This document shows, one piece after another, positions 9,049 to 19,802 of a stretch of DNA of 59,250 bases; the first letter of the stretch is position 1, and each line of letters starts with the position of its first letter. The translations under genes were made by a program, and so were the position numbers. Source of the stretch: an uncultured virus (IMG/VR IMGVR_UViG_3300043442_000948) (lineage: Duplodnaviria; Heunggongvirae; Uroviricota; Caudoviricetes); IMG/VR virus record IMGVR_UViG_3300043442_000948, one strand, 5' to 3'. The notes under the pieces were generated by a model. It did no database searches. It was not told the origin of the DNA and worked only from the letters and a program-made list of their open reading frames with translations.

Positions 9049-9124
9049 GCGCGTTTATCGATAAAAGTTTCACTCCGAATATTGTTTGTTTCTTTATTCT
9101 TCGTTTCTTTTTTCTTTTTTCTGT

Positions 9125-9526
9125 CTATTCTAGGTCGGAGCCTAACCCTACAATAGCAACTTTTGTCGCCAGTTGGTAAGCGGAAAACAACCGTTGGGCT
9201 AAAGCCCGCTCGGCGCCGGTGTCAGTTATCTTTTTCTTTAAGTCGTCGTAGCGTTGGTTTAGAGTAGTCCACTCTTCGCTATCAGAAAGGATTAAGATAG
9301 ACGCGGCTTTCCGCTTAGCGTCGTTGCTGTAGGCCTTGTCTGCATACACGTCAGTGTTTACCGCGGCCTCGATAGTTTCTTTTTCCAACGCTACAGCGGT
9401 TAGGTCATAGTGTAGCTCGGATAGTTCTAAGTCTAACCGGTGAATCTCTTTAGCGTAATCGACCAAGGTGTCGAGTACTTGTTTAGCGCTCGACTGTGGT
9501 TGAACCTCAAATTTGATAGTTGCCAT
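9125..9526 (-). CDS. hypothetical coiled-coil protein
   Basis: 133-aa helical ORF (SNDAKRKAA motif). Confidence 0.75.
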   Translation of the reverse strand: MATIKFEVQPQSSAKQVLDTLVDYAKEIHRLDLELSELHYDLTAVALEKETIEAAVNTDVYADKAYSNDAKRKAASILILSDSEEWTTLNQRYDDLKKKITDTGAERALAQRLFSAYQLATKVAIVGLGSDLE

Positions 9527-9568
9527 GGTTTAAAGTTAAAGTAAAGGTATACTTATCTCTTCTTAGCA

Positions 9569-9931
9569 ATGCCCAATTTCAATCCAGGTACTGACCAAGG
9601 TACGTTAGAAAGCCATCCTTTATACGACTCTCCATTTAACTTAGAAGCAGGCGGGCCGTATAAGCTAACGTATAACGGATTTGTCCGTCCCAATACCGGG
9701 GTTTATGACCGGGATGGTACTGGCGACTCCGCCCGTAACGCTTGGCATTATTATCTGCAGAACCTAGACATTACAGTGAGTGTTTATGACTGCTCTGACG
9801 ACCCAGTGGCTGGTTCCGTAGCTACGCGGGATGCTGATGGGGCTCTGCACGCGACTAACTTCCATGCCGGAGACTTTAGTTTTGGAGTGGATGGCATTAA
9901 AGGTATCTTTAGTGGCGGGGCGTTCTTATAA
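9569..9931 (+). CDS. hypothetical protein, possibly virion
   Basis: 120-aa Gly/Asp-rich ORF coupled to the next gene (TAATG). Confidence 0.7.
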   Translation: MPNFNPGTDQGTLESHPLYDSPFNLEAGGPYKLTYNGFVRPNTGVYDRDGTGDSARNAWHYYLQNLDITVSVYDCSDDPVAGSVATRDADGALHATNFHAGDFSFGVDGIKGIFSGGAFL

Positions 9932-10179
9932 TGACTCAACTAGTTCCTGAAAACACCACAGCGGTTGGGCTTAAGCTAGCTGTAATGGGGGACTTTGAAG
10001 ATGACCCCTCTGCTGACACGCTGACAGAGTTTGGTGAAAAGTATAACTACAACATGGCACTGCTGGACGACACGGTTAATAAAGCGACTAACGCCTTTCG
10101 TAACATGGAGCAGGTAGAACGCTCTGGGGTTCTTAAAGGCGTTATGTACGGTGGCCGAGTTGGAGTCTTTGACATTTAG
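9931..10179 (+). CDS. hypothetical protein
   Basis: 82-aa ORF translationally coupled to the upstream gene. Confidence 0.65.
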   Translation: MTQLVPENTTAVGLKLAVMGDFEDDPSADTLTEFGEKYNYNMALLDDTVNKATNAFRNMEQVERSGVLKGVMYGGRVGVFDI

Positions 10180-10523
10180 CTACGCCAGCTAAAGCCTTTA
10201 CACATAAACTCTTTAATGTCGTTGTCGCGGTGCATTAACACCTGCATTGTTTCCAGCAGTCTGTCTTGAATGCCTTGTCTGCTTTCACCCCGCATTTCTT
10301 CTTTAGTCAGTCTTAGTTTAAGGCTTTGTTCCATAGTTAAGCTGAACGCGGCTTCTTCTAACTTCTTTGTTTTACACAAACTAAAGTACAGGTTGGTTTT
10401 GATTTGCAGCTGGCGCAGGGCCTCAATCAACAAGTCAATTAACTGGTCAAGATTCATCTGTTCGGCAGCTTGTTTCATCTGTAAAAACTGAAACTGCTGC
10501 TCCAAAGTTAAAGTAGGTAGCAT
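10176..10523 (-). CDS. nblA: phycobilisome degradation protein NblA, tandem two-domain form
   Basis: Two NblA-type units: LTLEQQFQF..MN.DQ...LLIE..RQ..IK.N and LTMEQSLKL...SR...QD.L.E..Q.LM.RDN; AAGGAG RBS. Confidence 0.85.
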   Translation of the reverse strand: MLPTLTLEQQFQFLQMKQAAEQMNLDQLIDLLIEALRQLQIKTNLYFSLCKTKKLEEAAFSLTMEQSLKLRLTKEEMRGESRQGIQDRLLETMQVLMHRDNDIKEFMCKGFSWRS

Positions 10524-10630
10524 GTTAAGCTCCTTAAATTGTGTTACTTACAGCTTATCCTAGTCTTTCTCTTTACTATTTTCTGTCTCAACAGCGTCTA
10601 AACTTAAAATAGCTTGTCGTTCGTGTAGCC

Positions 10631-13150
10631 ATGCCGGATCAATCAATCAAGACTCAAGAGACATTACGTTACATCCACCGTTCCCATAACGACCCTAAGA
10701 TGTTGCCAGGGTTGGATATCGAGTCTATCGATATCTACAAAGGTGAAATTCTTGTTAACACTTCTAACGAAAACCCAGGGATTTATATCCGCACTGGTGA
10801 AACAGACAACGAGTTCTTAACAGATAAGCTGGTCCGGATTGGTAATGTCCAGGTGTCTGATGTAGACCCCTTGGAGGGTAACTCCCAACTAGACCCTAAA
10901 GGCGTGTGGTGGTATAAAGCAGATAAAGGCTTGCTTTATCTTCACACGGGTCAGCAGTACGTCCGTGTTAACAGCGTGCAAGCGACTGAAGAAACCTTAG
11001 GGGAAGCTAAAGTAGCTACGTTTACTGACCTTCTGCAGGGGACATCAGTGACAACTATGGTCACTCCAGAGCGGTTAGAGCAGTGGCGGGACTACTATGG
11101 TTTTGTTTCCCGTAAGAAAGATACCTTCCAACTTTATGTCGATTTACAGTATGGGGATGACTCGCTAGAAAATGACGGTAGTGACCCGTACCGGCCATTC
11201 CTAACAGTTGCCCGCGCGGCTGTTGAAGTAGCTCGCCGGAGTTATAACTATCCCGAGCCATCTTTTTACAAACAACACACAATCTACGTCTTTCCTGGGC
11301 AACACTTTGTTGATAACCGTCGTGGGGTTGCCCGTTATATCTCTTTACCCCCGTTGGGCATAGATTCAAAAGGCCCTATTAATCCACAACCCCTCGACCA
11401 AGTCGTTTTAGAGGTAGACCTTACAGCACAAATCATTAAACTTAATGCTCGTACAGAAATTGAAGCCCAGCAAATTTGGGCATTACGGGAAGGCGAAGTC
11501 GTAGGTTCAGCTATTATTTCTAGGGACGTGACCTTTGATGATGAAATACCGGTGCGGAACATTAAAGGGAGCTGGCTGCCGGGCGATAAGGTTTTAATCT
11601 CTGACTTATACCTGCTAAACCCACCGACAGGGGGTGTCATTCTTCCCCGTGGCTGTTCTTTAATTGCCTTAGACCCGGACAAGACTGTTATCCGACCTAA
11701 ATACGTTAGCAACAGCGAGTCTCCGCTCTGTTCCATCTTTAAGGTTACAAACGGTTGTTATATCAACGGGATTGTCTTCACTGACTCTATTTTTGATGGC
11801 ACTCACCAGCGCTGCTCTGCTGTTGAGTATGTTGCCAAGAACGACTTGGTCAACATTGATTATGGCTACTATCCTAAGCTTTACTATATCTTTGCTAACA
11901 CCCAACTGCCTGCGCTGCTCCAAGTGGGATTAACCGCGTTACCCTCTGAGTTGGCCAACAACGACCTGGGTTACTCTATTGCTATTGATAACTGTGTTGT
12001 TAAATCCTACTATGGTATGAACGGCTTTGTTTTTGAGTACGGCGCGGTCAACGGCAATAATGAAGTGCTGCTCAAAGACTTAAAGATATATACAGAACAA
12101 TTAGACCGCAATGCCTACGTCAGTTACGAAACCAAAGAATATAAACAAGACGCTAAGAACTACGCGATTAAAGCTGACGGTAACGTCGTTGTTAAATTAG
12201 CCAACAGCCACATCAAAGGCGCACCGGAAAGTCTGGTCTGTAACAACGGGGGTCGTCAATACGTTACCAGTACCTATTTTACTGATGTTCAAACCCTAGC
12301 CGTGTCAAGGGGCTCTTTACCTAGTCAGTTACTTAAAGAGTTAGGTGGTAAGCTTACTGCTATTATCCCTCCTAAATACACTCCTACCGCGGTAAGCGAA
12401 ATCCAATACGGTTGGCTCAATAAGGACTTAACAACGGCTACTAAGATTTATGTGGAGCGTAACGCCGCCCCGCTTATGCGCTATCCATACACACTACAGA
12501 AGGATGAGTTGGTTTACGTCCGTATAGACCCGTCTAATGAATACAGCGCCCGTTTTATTGAGGCTGGTGTCGATTACATCAACGGGGAGTATGTGGAATA
12601 CCTACTAGTATCCAGCGAGCTCAACGAAATCTTCTCTAACTTGAGTTTGTTCTCCGACGTATCATTTGTTCATTTCAAGCGCCCTGACGACCGTCGTTTA
12701 GCTAAAGACAAACTATATTGGTTCGAGATTACCGATGTACGGGCTACCGCGCCGGTTCCAGGCTTGATTATGAAGTCTAGTACAAACGAAGCCCAGTTCA
12801 AGACGTATATTGTCGCTGCGGTAGAGCACATTGAAAGTAATACTTACCGAGTTGCTTTTGTCTTAGGCGGCGACACTGACCTACCTTATAACCTTTACCC
12901 TGAAGTTAACGTACCTGCACTCAATACAAACACTAAAAATAAAGAAGCAGCCGAGTGGCTACTCCGGGAGCTGGGTTATAACGAACTGGACATTACCGAA
13001 ACTTTACTAGAGTCCTCCCAAGGAACAACTTTAATCACCCAACCTCGAGTAGAGTTCGTGGAGCCTTCCATTATTGATATTCGTGGTGGTGTCTTTGACC
13101 AGGAGTATCCTACGCTGTCTGCTTATGGTGGTGTTGTGAAGCTAGGGTGA
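10631..13150 (+). CDS. tail fibre/spike-like virion protein
   Basis: ATEETLGEAKVAT..TPERL fibre repeat; LYVD..GDDS..NDG..PF.TV.RA followed by beta-helix-like region. Confidence 0.7.
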   Translation: MPDQSIKTQETLRYIHRSHNDPKMLPGLDIESIDIYKGEILVNTSNENPGIYIRTGETDNEFLTDKLVRIGNVQVSDVDPLEGNSQLDPKGVWWYKADKGLLYLHTGQQYVRVNSVQATEETLGEAKVATFTDLLQGTSVTTMVTPERLEQWRDYYGFVSRKKDTFQLYVDLQYGDDSLENDGSDPYRPFLTVARAAVEVARRSYNYPEPSFYKQHTIYVFPGQHFVDNRRGVARYISLPPLGIDSKGPINPQPLDQVVLEVDLTAQIIKLNARTEIEAQQIWALREGEVVGSAIISRDVTFDDEIPVRNIKGSWLPGDKVLISDLYLLNPPTGGVILPRGCSLIALDPDKTVIRPKYVSNSESPLCSIFKVTNGCYINGIVFTDSIFDGTHQRCSAVEYVAKNDLVNIDYGYYPKLYYIFANTQLPALLQVGLTALPSELANNDLGYSIAIDNCVVKSYYGMNGFVFEYGAVNGNNEVLLKDLKIYTEQLDRNAYVSYETKEYKQDAKNYAIKADGNVVVKLANSHIKGAPESLVCNNGGRQYVTSTYFTDVQTLAVSRGSLPSQLLKELGGKLTAIIPPKYTPTAVSEIQYGWLNKDLTTATKIYVERNAAPLMRYPYTLQKDELVYVRIDPSNEYSARFIEAGVDYINGEYVEYLLVSSELNEIFSNLSLFSDVSFVHFKRPDDRRLAKDKLYWFEITDVRATAPVPGLIMKSSTNEAQFKTYIVAAVEHIESNTYRVAFVLGGDTDLPYNLYPEVNVPALNTNTKNKEAAEWLLRELGYNELDITETLLESSQGTTLITQPRVEFVEPSIIDIRGGVFDQEYPTLSAYGGVVKLG

Positions 13151-13179
13151 GATTAGATCTATAAAGCACTGATTAGTAT

Positions 13180-14409
13180 ATGTCTACCGAGGATTCTTTA
13201 AGGTTTTTACTACGGTCTACGAACGTATTAAACGCAGTCCCTAACAAATCTTCCCTTTATCGTGGGGTTAACGGTAACCCGGGCGCAGAGTTAGCTGTCG
13301 TCCATAAGGTTGAAGAAACGGACACTGGCGGTGCGACGACCTTAGTGAATACTTCGGCGGGTTTGTTTCTTAAAGTCGGTTATACCAATTCTGACCATGT
13401 CCAAGATAAGGTTATTCGTATTGGTAACGTCTATGTAACTGAAGAGTTACGCCCAGACCAGCTCCAAACGAATAACCAGGACATGGATTACACCGGTGCT
13501 CTGTGGTACCGGCTGCTCGATAAAACCTTTCGGATTAATTTAACTGGGCAAGCGTCAGACGAAGCGTGGGCTTACCTCAACTTTCGCTACACTAACCTAG
13601 ATGAGTCCACTATTTCGGTTGGAGGTATTGCTGCTGGGACAATATTTAATGATGTTCCACTAGAGCAGCTACTTACTGACCTTTTCTATCCTTATAAACA
13701 ACCAACGTTAACAACCTTTACTATTACTCCTGACCCCACGGTCGTGGAGAACTTAGAGATAGGGGAGCCTATCCCACCTCCAGGTGGTGACAACCAACGT
13801 TACTTAGAGTTGGATGTTGATGATGACAGCAACTTACTGGAAGTTGTTTTCTACGGCGGCACAGACTTAGATAACTTAATTGAAGCCCGTAACGCCTTCG
13901 TGGGTGGGTTCTACAGTGGTGTTGGTAAAGACAGGGCTTATGTATATACCCAGGCTTACGACTTTACTTTCACTAGCCCTACAACCTATTACTGGGGAGC
14001 ACGGGTAAAGGACACCCAGGAAAACTTTACTCCTTATAAGATTAAGCACGTTAATTGGAAATACCGGTCTTATGTTTGTAGCACTTCTTTAGAAGGCTTA
14101 ACCGACCCCACAATTCTTTCAACCGGGATTACCTCCGCTCTAGACCGTCTAACCGAGGTAGCTAAAGCCGCTTCGGAAGAGGCGGAGTATATTTACATCT
14201 TTCTTCCAGTAGGAAGAACTGCAGGCACTATCCGCACCCTTGATGGCTACACCCCTTACGTTGATTTTGGGGCTGGTGCCGCTGGTGGAAAGATTGCTAT
14301 GCGTCCTAAAACAGAAGTCGTGCTGAATCGTAATGGCGTTCAAGTCATTTATGAAGTCTACCGCACTGCTTATCCGACTCACGGTGACCTCACCATTTAC
14401 ATGTATTAA
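13180..14409 (+). CDS. putative virion structural protein
   Basis: Shares DK(L/V)(V/I)RIGNV and G.(W/L)WY motifs with the N-terminus of the upstream fibre protein. Confidence 0.7.
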   Translation: MSTEDSLRFLLRSTNVLNAVPNKSSLYRGVNGNPGAELAVVHKVEETDTGGATTLVNTSAGLFLKVGYTNSDHVQDKVIRIGNVYVTEELRPDQLQTNNQDMDYTGALWYRLLDKTFRINLTGQASDEAWAYLNFRYTNLDESTISVGGIAAGTIFNDVPLEQLLTDLFYPYKQPTLTTFTITPDPTVVENLEIGEPIPPPGGDNQRYLELDVDDDSNLLEVVFYGGTDLDNLIEARNAFVGGFYSGVGKDRAYVYTQAYDFTFTSPTTYYWGARVKDTQENFTPYKIKHVNWKYRSYVCSTSLEGLTDPTILSTGITSALDRLTEVAKAASEEAEYIYIFLPVGRTAGTIRTLDGYTPYVDFGAGAAGGKIAMRPKTEVVLNRNGVQVIYEVYRTAYPTHGDLTIYMY

Positions 14410-14451
14410 TTCTTATAGTTTAAGTAGTAACTAGCAACAGCAAATTAAGCA

Positions 14452-17400
14452 ATGGCTAACTTTGAAAACACGATTGGTATAACAGGCCCTGTATCCCCGA
14501 TCGACGAGCGTGATACTTACCCAACCCATTTTGCTCGTTTAGGTAAGGGTGGATTTTATCGAGTAGCTACATTGGCTGACCGTAACCTAATCTCTGACGA
14601 CCGCCGGGAGCAGGGGTTAACGGTGCTGGTTACAGATGACTTGAATCCAGGCTTTAACCGGGCTTACACCTTAGATGGTGGTATCACTAATGACGACTGG
14701 GTAGAGTGGGTTGTTACTCCCAATTATTTAAACGATTGGAAACAAAACGGTACATTTCCCAACAACCCTAATATCATCTGCGACACCATTACAGCATCCG
14801 GTGATGGCACCTTTTATAACGTATTAGTTTATAACTCCGTTCGGCTGGGTAAGGTAGACAACCGCCTTCAAGTTGTACCGAGCGGGGTTCAACTTTTTAC
14901 TAATAACATCGCTCGGCTGACCGCTACGGAAGACGGTAAGCTGGTCACCTACTCTACCTACGTCCCAACCGAAGCTAAATCGTTGGTTACCAAAGACTTC
15001 GTAGAGCAACTGATTGGCTCTGGTGGTGGCGGCGGGGGTTCGGATATTCCTAACACTCCGATTAACCTAACCCCAACCAACGGTACGAATAACCTAGGTA
15101 CAGGGGACGCGTCCATCACCTTTACGGCTTCTGTCTACTTCAGTCCGATTGCCTCGGCAATGACCGCTAGCCAATGGCGATTCAGCACAACGGCAGACTT
15201 TACCGTGCTGCTCCATACTACGGGCGACCGGGCTGGCACCTCCACCAGTTACACGCTGAACACTCCTTTGACCGTCCTAGGTACTGGGAAGACAGTCTAC
15301 TGGCAGGTACGGTACAAAGACTCGACCAATGCTTACTCTAACTGGAGTAGCCCCACCACCTTTACAACGACGACGACTGACCCAGCTCCCAACCAGCCGA
15401 CGAACATCTCTCCGGTTAACAACGCTACAGACGTCGGCGACCGGGGTAACCCAGTTACACTAACAGGCTCGACCTACTCTAGTGCTGTTAACTCTCCGAT
15501 GACCGCTGCTCAGTGGCAGTTAACCACCACCACAGATGCTGGCTACGCTACGCCTGTTATCTCTACTGGAGACATCGGTGGTACTGCTGTTAGCTACACG
15601 ATTCCTAACCCCAACGCAGTGCTTGGCGTTAACACCACCTACCGCTGGCGTATTCGCTACAAAGACAGCGCGGGTCAGTACTCCGCTTGGTCTAGCTCCA
15701 CCACCTTTACCACAGCGTCATCCTTTACCCGTCTTCCACCCTTCACTCCGATTAATGAACTACCAGTTAACGGCGCAACAAACCAAGGGGCTAACGCAAC
15801 GGCTATCAGTTTAAAAGCAACTGCTTACAACAGCCCAGAGAGCTCCCCAATGGCAGCTGGGCAGTGGCAGATTACTTCTAGTGCTGATACCAACTTCAAC
15901 AACGTCATTGTAGACACTGGGGACATTCTAGGAACTAGCATCGAGCGGGTAATTAATAACCCTTCATCTATCCTGCAACCCAATACCGTCTATCGCTGGC
16001 GGGTACGGTACAAAGACTCTAACGGGCTGTATAGCGGCTGGAGTAGCGCTACAACCTTCACCACCGCTGGTAGCTTCGCATTGCTAGTAGCGCCCCAAAC
16101 TCCTTCTAACGTCTCCCCAGCTAACCTAGCCACCAACCTAGGTTATAACCAGGCTGCTATCGTGCTGCAGGGTTCTCCCTACCAACACACCCGCAACATT
16201 GAAATGGCAGCCCGCCAGTTCCAGATTACGTCGTCAGCTGACACTAGCTTCAACGATGTTATCGTTAACACCAACGAAATCTCTGGGAACCAGCTGACCT
16301 ATGTATTAAACGACCCCAGCCTAGTGTTGAGTACCTCTACCACTTATCGCTGGCGGGTTCGTTACAAGAGTCTGGAAGGTGTGTGGTCTAACTGGAGTAC
16401 CTCTACCCGTTTTACCACTGCTAACACGTTTGCTAACGACGTCCCGGTTATTATTACCCAACCCACTAGCATTGAAGTTGCTGTTGGTAGTACCGCTACG
16501 TTCTTTATCTCTGCGACGGGTACGAACTTAACCTATCAGTGGCGGAAGAACAACTCGAACATTACTGGCGCCACAGCCCCACTGTATACTTTCACTGCTC
16601 AAAGCGGCAGCCCTGGTGGGTATACCTGCGTGGTGTCCAACCCAGCAGGTAGTGTTACATCTGACACAGCTCAATTAACCCTCCGGTTAGACGCTCCTAC
16701 TATCATCCAACAACCACAGGACTTAACCGTCCGCTCTGGTACCACAGCTAGCTTTAACGTTGTTGTTACTGGTTCCACACCACTGTCTTATCAATGGCGT
16801 AAAAACGGGGTTAACATCTCTGGTGCTACCAACGCTAGCTACAACATTCCCTTTGCTTCAGACAACGACGCCGGAGTCTACTCCGTTGTGGTTAGCAACT
16901 CGGTAGGTTCTGTTACTAGCAGTGGCGCTACCTTAACTATCGCGGCTGTTGCTCCAACGATTACCAACCCACCCCAGAACCAAACAGTTAACCAAGGCTC
17001 CCCAGCTACGTTCTCTGTGACAGCCGTCGGGACGTCTCCTATGACTTACCAATGGCGGAAGGATGGGGTTAACATCTCTGGAGCTACCAACAACAGCTAT
17101 GTCATTAGCTCCGCTACCACCACTAATGTAGGGGCTTACTCAGTAGTAGTGACTAACTCGGCTGGTAGCGCGATCAGCTCTAGTGCGACCCTTACAGTTA
17201 ATACCCCTCCCACGATTGTGCAGCAACCCAGTAATACTGTTGTTACTCAAGGGTCTACTGCTACGTTCTCTGTTACAGCAACAGGTACCACACCTTTGTC
17301 CTACCAGTGGAAGAAATCAGTCAACGGGGTCTATACCAATATCAGTGGGGCTACCCAATCAACCTACAGCATTTCCAGTGCTGATAAAGCCGCCGACGAA

Positions 17401-19299
17401 ACAAGCTATCAAGTAGCCATCACCAACACGGTAGGGACTGTCACCAGTAACAACGTTACGTTAACTGTAAATCTAAACCCACCTGTTATCGTTGACCAAC
17501 CCCAGAACCTTACTGTCAATGAAGGTAACAACGCTACGTTTACTGTTTCTGTTAGTGGTGTCGGGCCATTCACTTATCAGTGGCGTAAAGGAACCTCTAA
17601 CATCAGTGGTGCTACTGCAAGCTCTTTGACACTAAGTAACACAACCAGTGCTGACCAGGCTAGTTACTCTGTTATCGTGAGTGGCCCTGGAGGTTCCGTA
17701 ACTAGTTCTTCTGCGAGTCTGACTGTTATCTCCAGACCAGTTATTAACACTCAACCTACCGACACAGCCCTACCCTTAAACGCTAGCGGTTCACTGTTTG
17801 TTGGTGCGACTGGGGCTAACCTAACTTATCAATGGCGGAAGGCCGGTGTTGCTATTGTTGGGGCTACATCACCCTTGTATTCCTTTGTGATGGGTAACGA
17901 CACTGCTGGCTCTTATACCTGTACCGTAACTAATTCAGCCGGCTCGGTAACTTCAAGTGCTGCTAACGTAACCTTACAAGCTACTGCCCCGGTCATTACC
18001 CAACAGCCCCAAGGCGTCACGATTGACGATGGGAATGTGGTTTATCTAACGGTTACTGCCGACAGCCTCTTGCCGTTGTCCTATCAATGGCGGCGTAACG
18101 GGTCTAACATTAGTGGTGCCACTACTAGCACCTACCAGTTTGTAGCTGCAGAGGCTAACGCTGGTACTTATTCAGTTGTTATCAGTAACTCAGCTGGCTC
18201 TACCACCAGTGCTAATGCCGTAGTTACAACCCGCCGCCGTCTGCCGGTTATCTTAGCTCCAACGGCTAACTTATCTGTTGTTGCGGGTAACAGTATTACT
18301 CTCCGCTTAGAAAATAACATTGGTACTTCGTTGAGTTATGCCGACCGTTGGTCACTGATTGATGGTACCGGTTCATTTACCTATCAGTGGGCTAAGGACG
18401 GTATTAACATTAGCGGTGCTACAAACACCACTTATACAATTACCAACGCGGATGCTGACGATGCTGGGGTTTACTCCGTTACCGTTACCAATGCGCGTGG
18501 GGATGTCAGCTCTTCTCGACAGTTGAACGTAACCGTGCCTTTAGTTATCACTCAACAACCCGCAGCTACACAGATTTGTTATCCCTCAACAAGTGAAAGC
18601 TATCCCATAGAGGTTATTTATCAAGCTAACGCTCAACAGCCCGTAACTTGGTATTCTGCTACTTACGGAAGTTCTTCGTTTTCTGTATACTCTGCGCCTA
18701 CTGGTAGCACTTACCAAACAGCCTTAGGTAATAACCTCTACAAAGCGACGTTGGTTATTCCAGCTACCACAACTAATACAGCGACCAACTTTAAAGCTCG
18801 TATTGGCGGTACCTCCTTTATAGAAAGCAACGTCTCGAAGTTATTACGGGTTAAGTGGACAACTGGGTATACAACCTGGAATTCTATCAACGAACTTAAC
18901 TATGGAGGAGTTACTTCTGCTGGTAACTTAATTTACTACGTTGGTTTCTTTGTTCCTAATACTTACTCTGAGGTTGGGACATTAAATGTAACCTTGACTG
19001 CCAGCATCGTTAGCGGTAACTTAGGAACTTATGTTCGACCTGCGACTCCGACAGAACTTAACTCTTTTTCCACCGCAGCGCCAAAATATAATGTGAATAA
19101 CGGTGGCACTGTTACCTTTACCGTCCCAGCTAATAACACTTACGCCTACGCCTTCTTTGTAGTGGACGGCACGACAGTCGCCGGGCAGTACCGGATGAAA
19201 GTTGAAATTACGACTAATTACGGTGACATAGGTTTAGGGCGGTTGTCTGATTCCGGCGGCAATACCTTTATTTATGGGCCTCTGGACTATTCCATGTAA
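14452..19299 (+). CDS. large virion fibre/adhesin with 4 FN3-like and 8-9 Ig-like domains
   Basis: 4x PxxPxNxxP...YxWxVRYK...SxWS...FTT; 8x PxI..(Q)P...YQW.K....I.GAT...Y.V.V.N plus one degenerate copy. Confidence 0.88.
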   Translation: MANFENTIGITGPVSPIDERDTYPTHFARLGKGGFYRVATLADRNLISDDRREQGLTVLVTDDLNPGFNRAYTLDGGITNDDWVEWVVTPNYLNDWKQNGTFPNNPNIICDTITASGDGTFYNVLVYNSVRLGKVDNRLQVVPSGVQLFTNNIARLTATEDGKLVTYSTYVPTEAKSLVTKDFVEQLIGSGGGGGGSDIPNTPINLTPTNGTNNLGTGDASITFTASVYFSPIASAMTASQWRFSTTADFTVLLHTTGDRAGTSTSYTLNTPLTVLGTGKTVYWQVRYKDSTNAYSNWSSPTTFTTTTTDPAPNQPTNISPVNNATDVGDRGNPVTLTGSTYSSAVNSPMTAAQWQLTTTTDAGYATPVISTGDIGGTAVSYTIPNPNAVLGVNTTYRWRIRYKDSAGQYSAWSSSTTFTTASSFTRLPPFTPINELPVNGATNQGANATAISLKATAYNSPESSPMAAGQWQITSSADTNFNNVIVDTGDILGTSIERVINNPSSILQPNTVYRWRVRYKDSNGLYSGWSSATTFTTAGSFALLVAPQTPSNVSPANLATNLGYNQAAIVLQGSPYQHTRNIEMAARQFQITSSADTSFNDVIVNTNEISGNQLTYVLNDPSLVLSTSTTYRWRVRYKSLEGVWSNWSTSTRFTTANTFANDVPVIITQPTSIEVAVGSTATFFISATGTNLTYQWRKNNSNITGATAPLYTFTAQSGSPGGYTCVVSNPAGSVTSDTAQLTLRLDAPTIIQQPQDLTVRSGTTASFNVVVTGSTPLSYQWRKNGVNISGATNASYNIPFASDNDAGVYSVVVSNSVGSVTSSGATLTIAAVAPTITNPPQNQTVNQGSPATFSVTAVGTSPMTYQWRKDGVNISGATNNSYVISSATTTNVGAYSVVVTNSAGSAISSSATLTVNTPPTIVQQPSNTVVTQGSTATFSVTATGTTPLSYQWKKSVNGVYTNISGATQSTYSISSADKAADETSYQVAITNTVGTVTSNNVTLTVNLNPPVIVDQPQNLTVNEGNNATFTVSVSGVGPFTYQWRKGTSNISGATASSLTLSNTTSADQASYSVIVSGPGGSVTSSSASLTVISRPVINTQPTDTALPLNASGSLFVGATGANLTYQWRKAGVAIVGATSPLYSFVMGNDTAGSYTCTVTNSAGSVTSSAANVTLQATAPVITQQPQGVTIDDGNVVYLTVTADSLLPLSYQWRRNGSNISGATTSTYQFVAAEANAGTYSVVISNSAGSTTSANAVVTTRRRLPVILAPTANLSVVAGNSITLRLENNIGTSLSYADRWSLIDGTGSFTYQWAKDGINISGATNTTYTITNADADDAGVYSVTVTNARGDVSSSRQLNVTVPLVITQQPAATQICYPSTSESYPIEVIYQANAQQPVTWYSATYGSSSFSVYSAPTGSTYQTALGNNLYKATLVIPATTTNTATNFKARIGGTSFIESNVSKLLRVKWTTGYTTWNSINELNYGGVTSAGNLIYYVGFFVPNTYSEVGTLNVTLTASIVSGNLGTYVRPATPTELNSFSTAAPKYNVNNGGTVTFTVPANNTYAYAFFVVDGTTVAGQYRMKVEITTNYGDIGLGRLSDSGGNTFIYGPLDYSM

Positions 19300-19313
19300 T
19301 TTAGGAGCTTTGA

Positions 19314-19802
19314 ATGTCTATTCCTGTTGAGTTTGTTAAATTAGAAGGTACAAAGGTTGTAGAGCATGAAACCTATGGCGGTTTGTTAAGTCGTTATGAA
19401 GACGTTGCGGCTTTAACAGATAAAGAGAAGCTGTCTGCTTTAGCTAAGTTAGGTTACTACCCACTGTCTGATAAGCCCGACCATCTTTACTCTGCGATTA
19501 CCTACAATCGTTTTACTGAGTGGGTTCACTTCGACGAGGTTAAAGTTGTCAAAGGCTTTGCGGTGCCCAAGTGGGTAATCGAACCCCTACCTGAAGAAGA
19601 AGTTAAGTATCTTACTGAGCTCTACGTTAAGTCCATCCGGCAGCAGCGGGATAAACTCTTAGCTGAATCCGATTGGACTCAAGTAGAAGACGTACCAGAA
19701 GAAATCAAACTGAAGTGGCGGGGTTACCGCCAAGCTCTACGGGAGTTACCAAACACTTTCTTAGAAACCAAAGAATGTGTCTGGCCTATTCCGCCTGTAT
19801 AG
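19314..19802 (+). CDS. tail fibre assembly chaperone-like protein
   Basis: C-terminal IRQQRDKLLAESDWTQ..D.....W..YRQALRELP......WP motif. Confidence 0.8.
   Translation: MSIPVEFVKLEGTKVVEHETYGGLLSRYEDVAALTDKEKLSALAKLGYYPLSDKPDHLYSAITYNRFTEWVHFDEVKVVKGFAVPKWVIEPLPEEEVKYLTELYVKSIRQQRDKLLAESDWTQVEDVPEEIKLKWRGYRQALRELPNTFLETKECVWPIPPV

Noticed and set aside
16440..18540. Diversity-generating retroelement template/variable repeats among Ig domains
   Set aside because: Repeats are diverged at the DNA level without adenine-specific mismatches; no reverse transcriptase in the window
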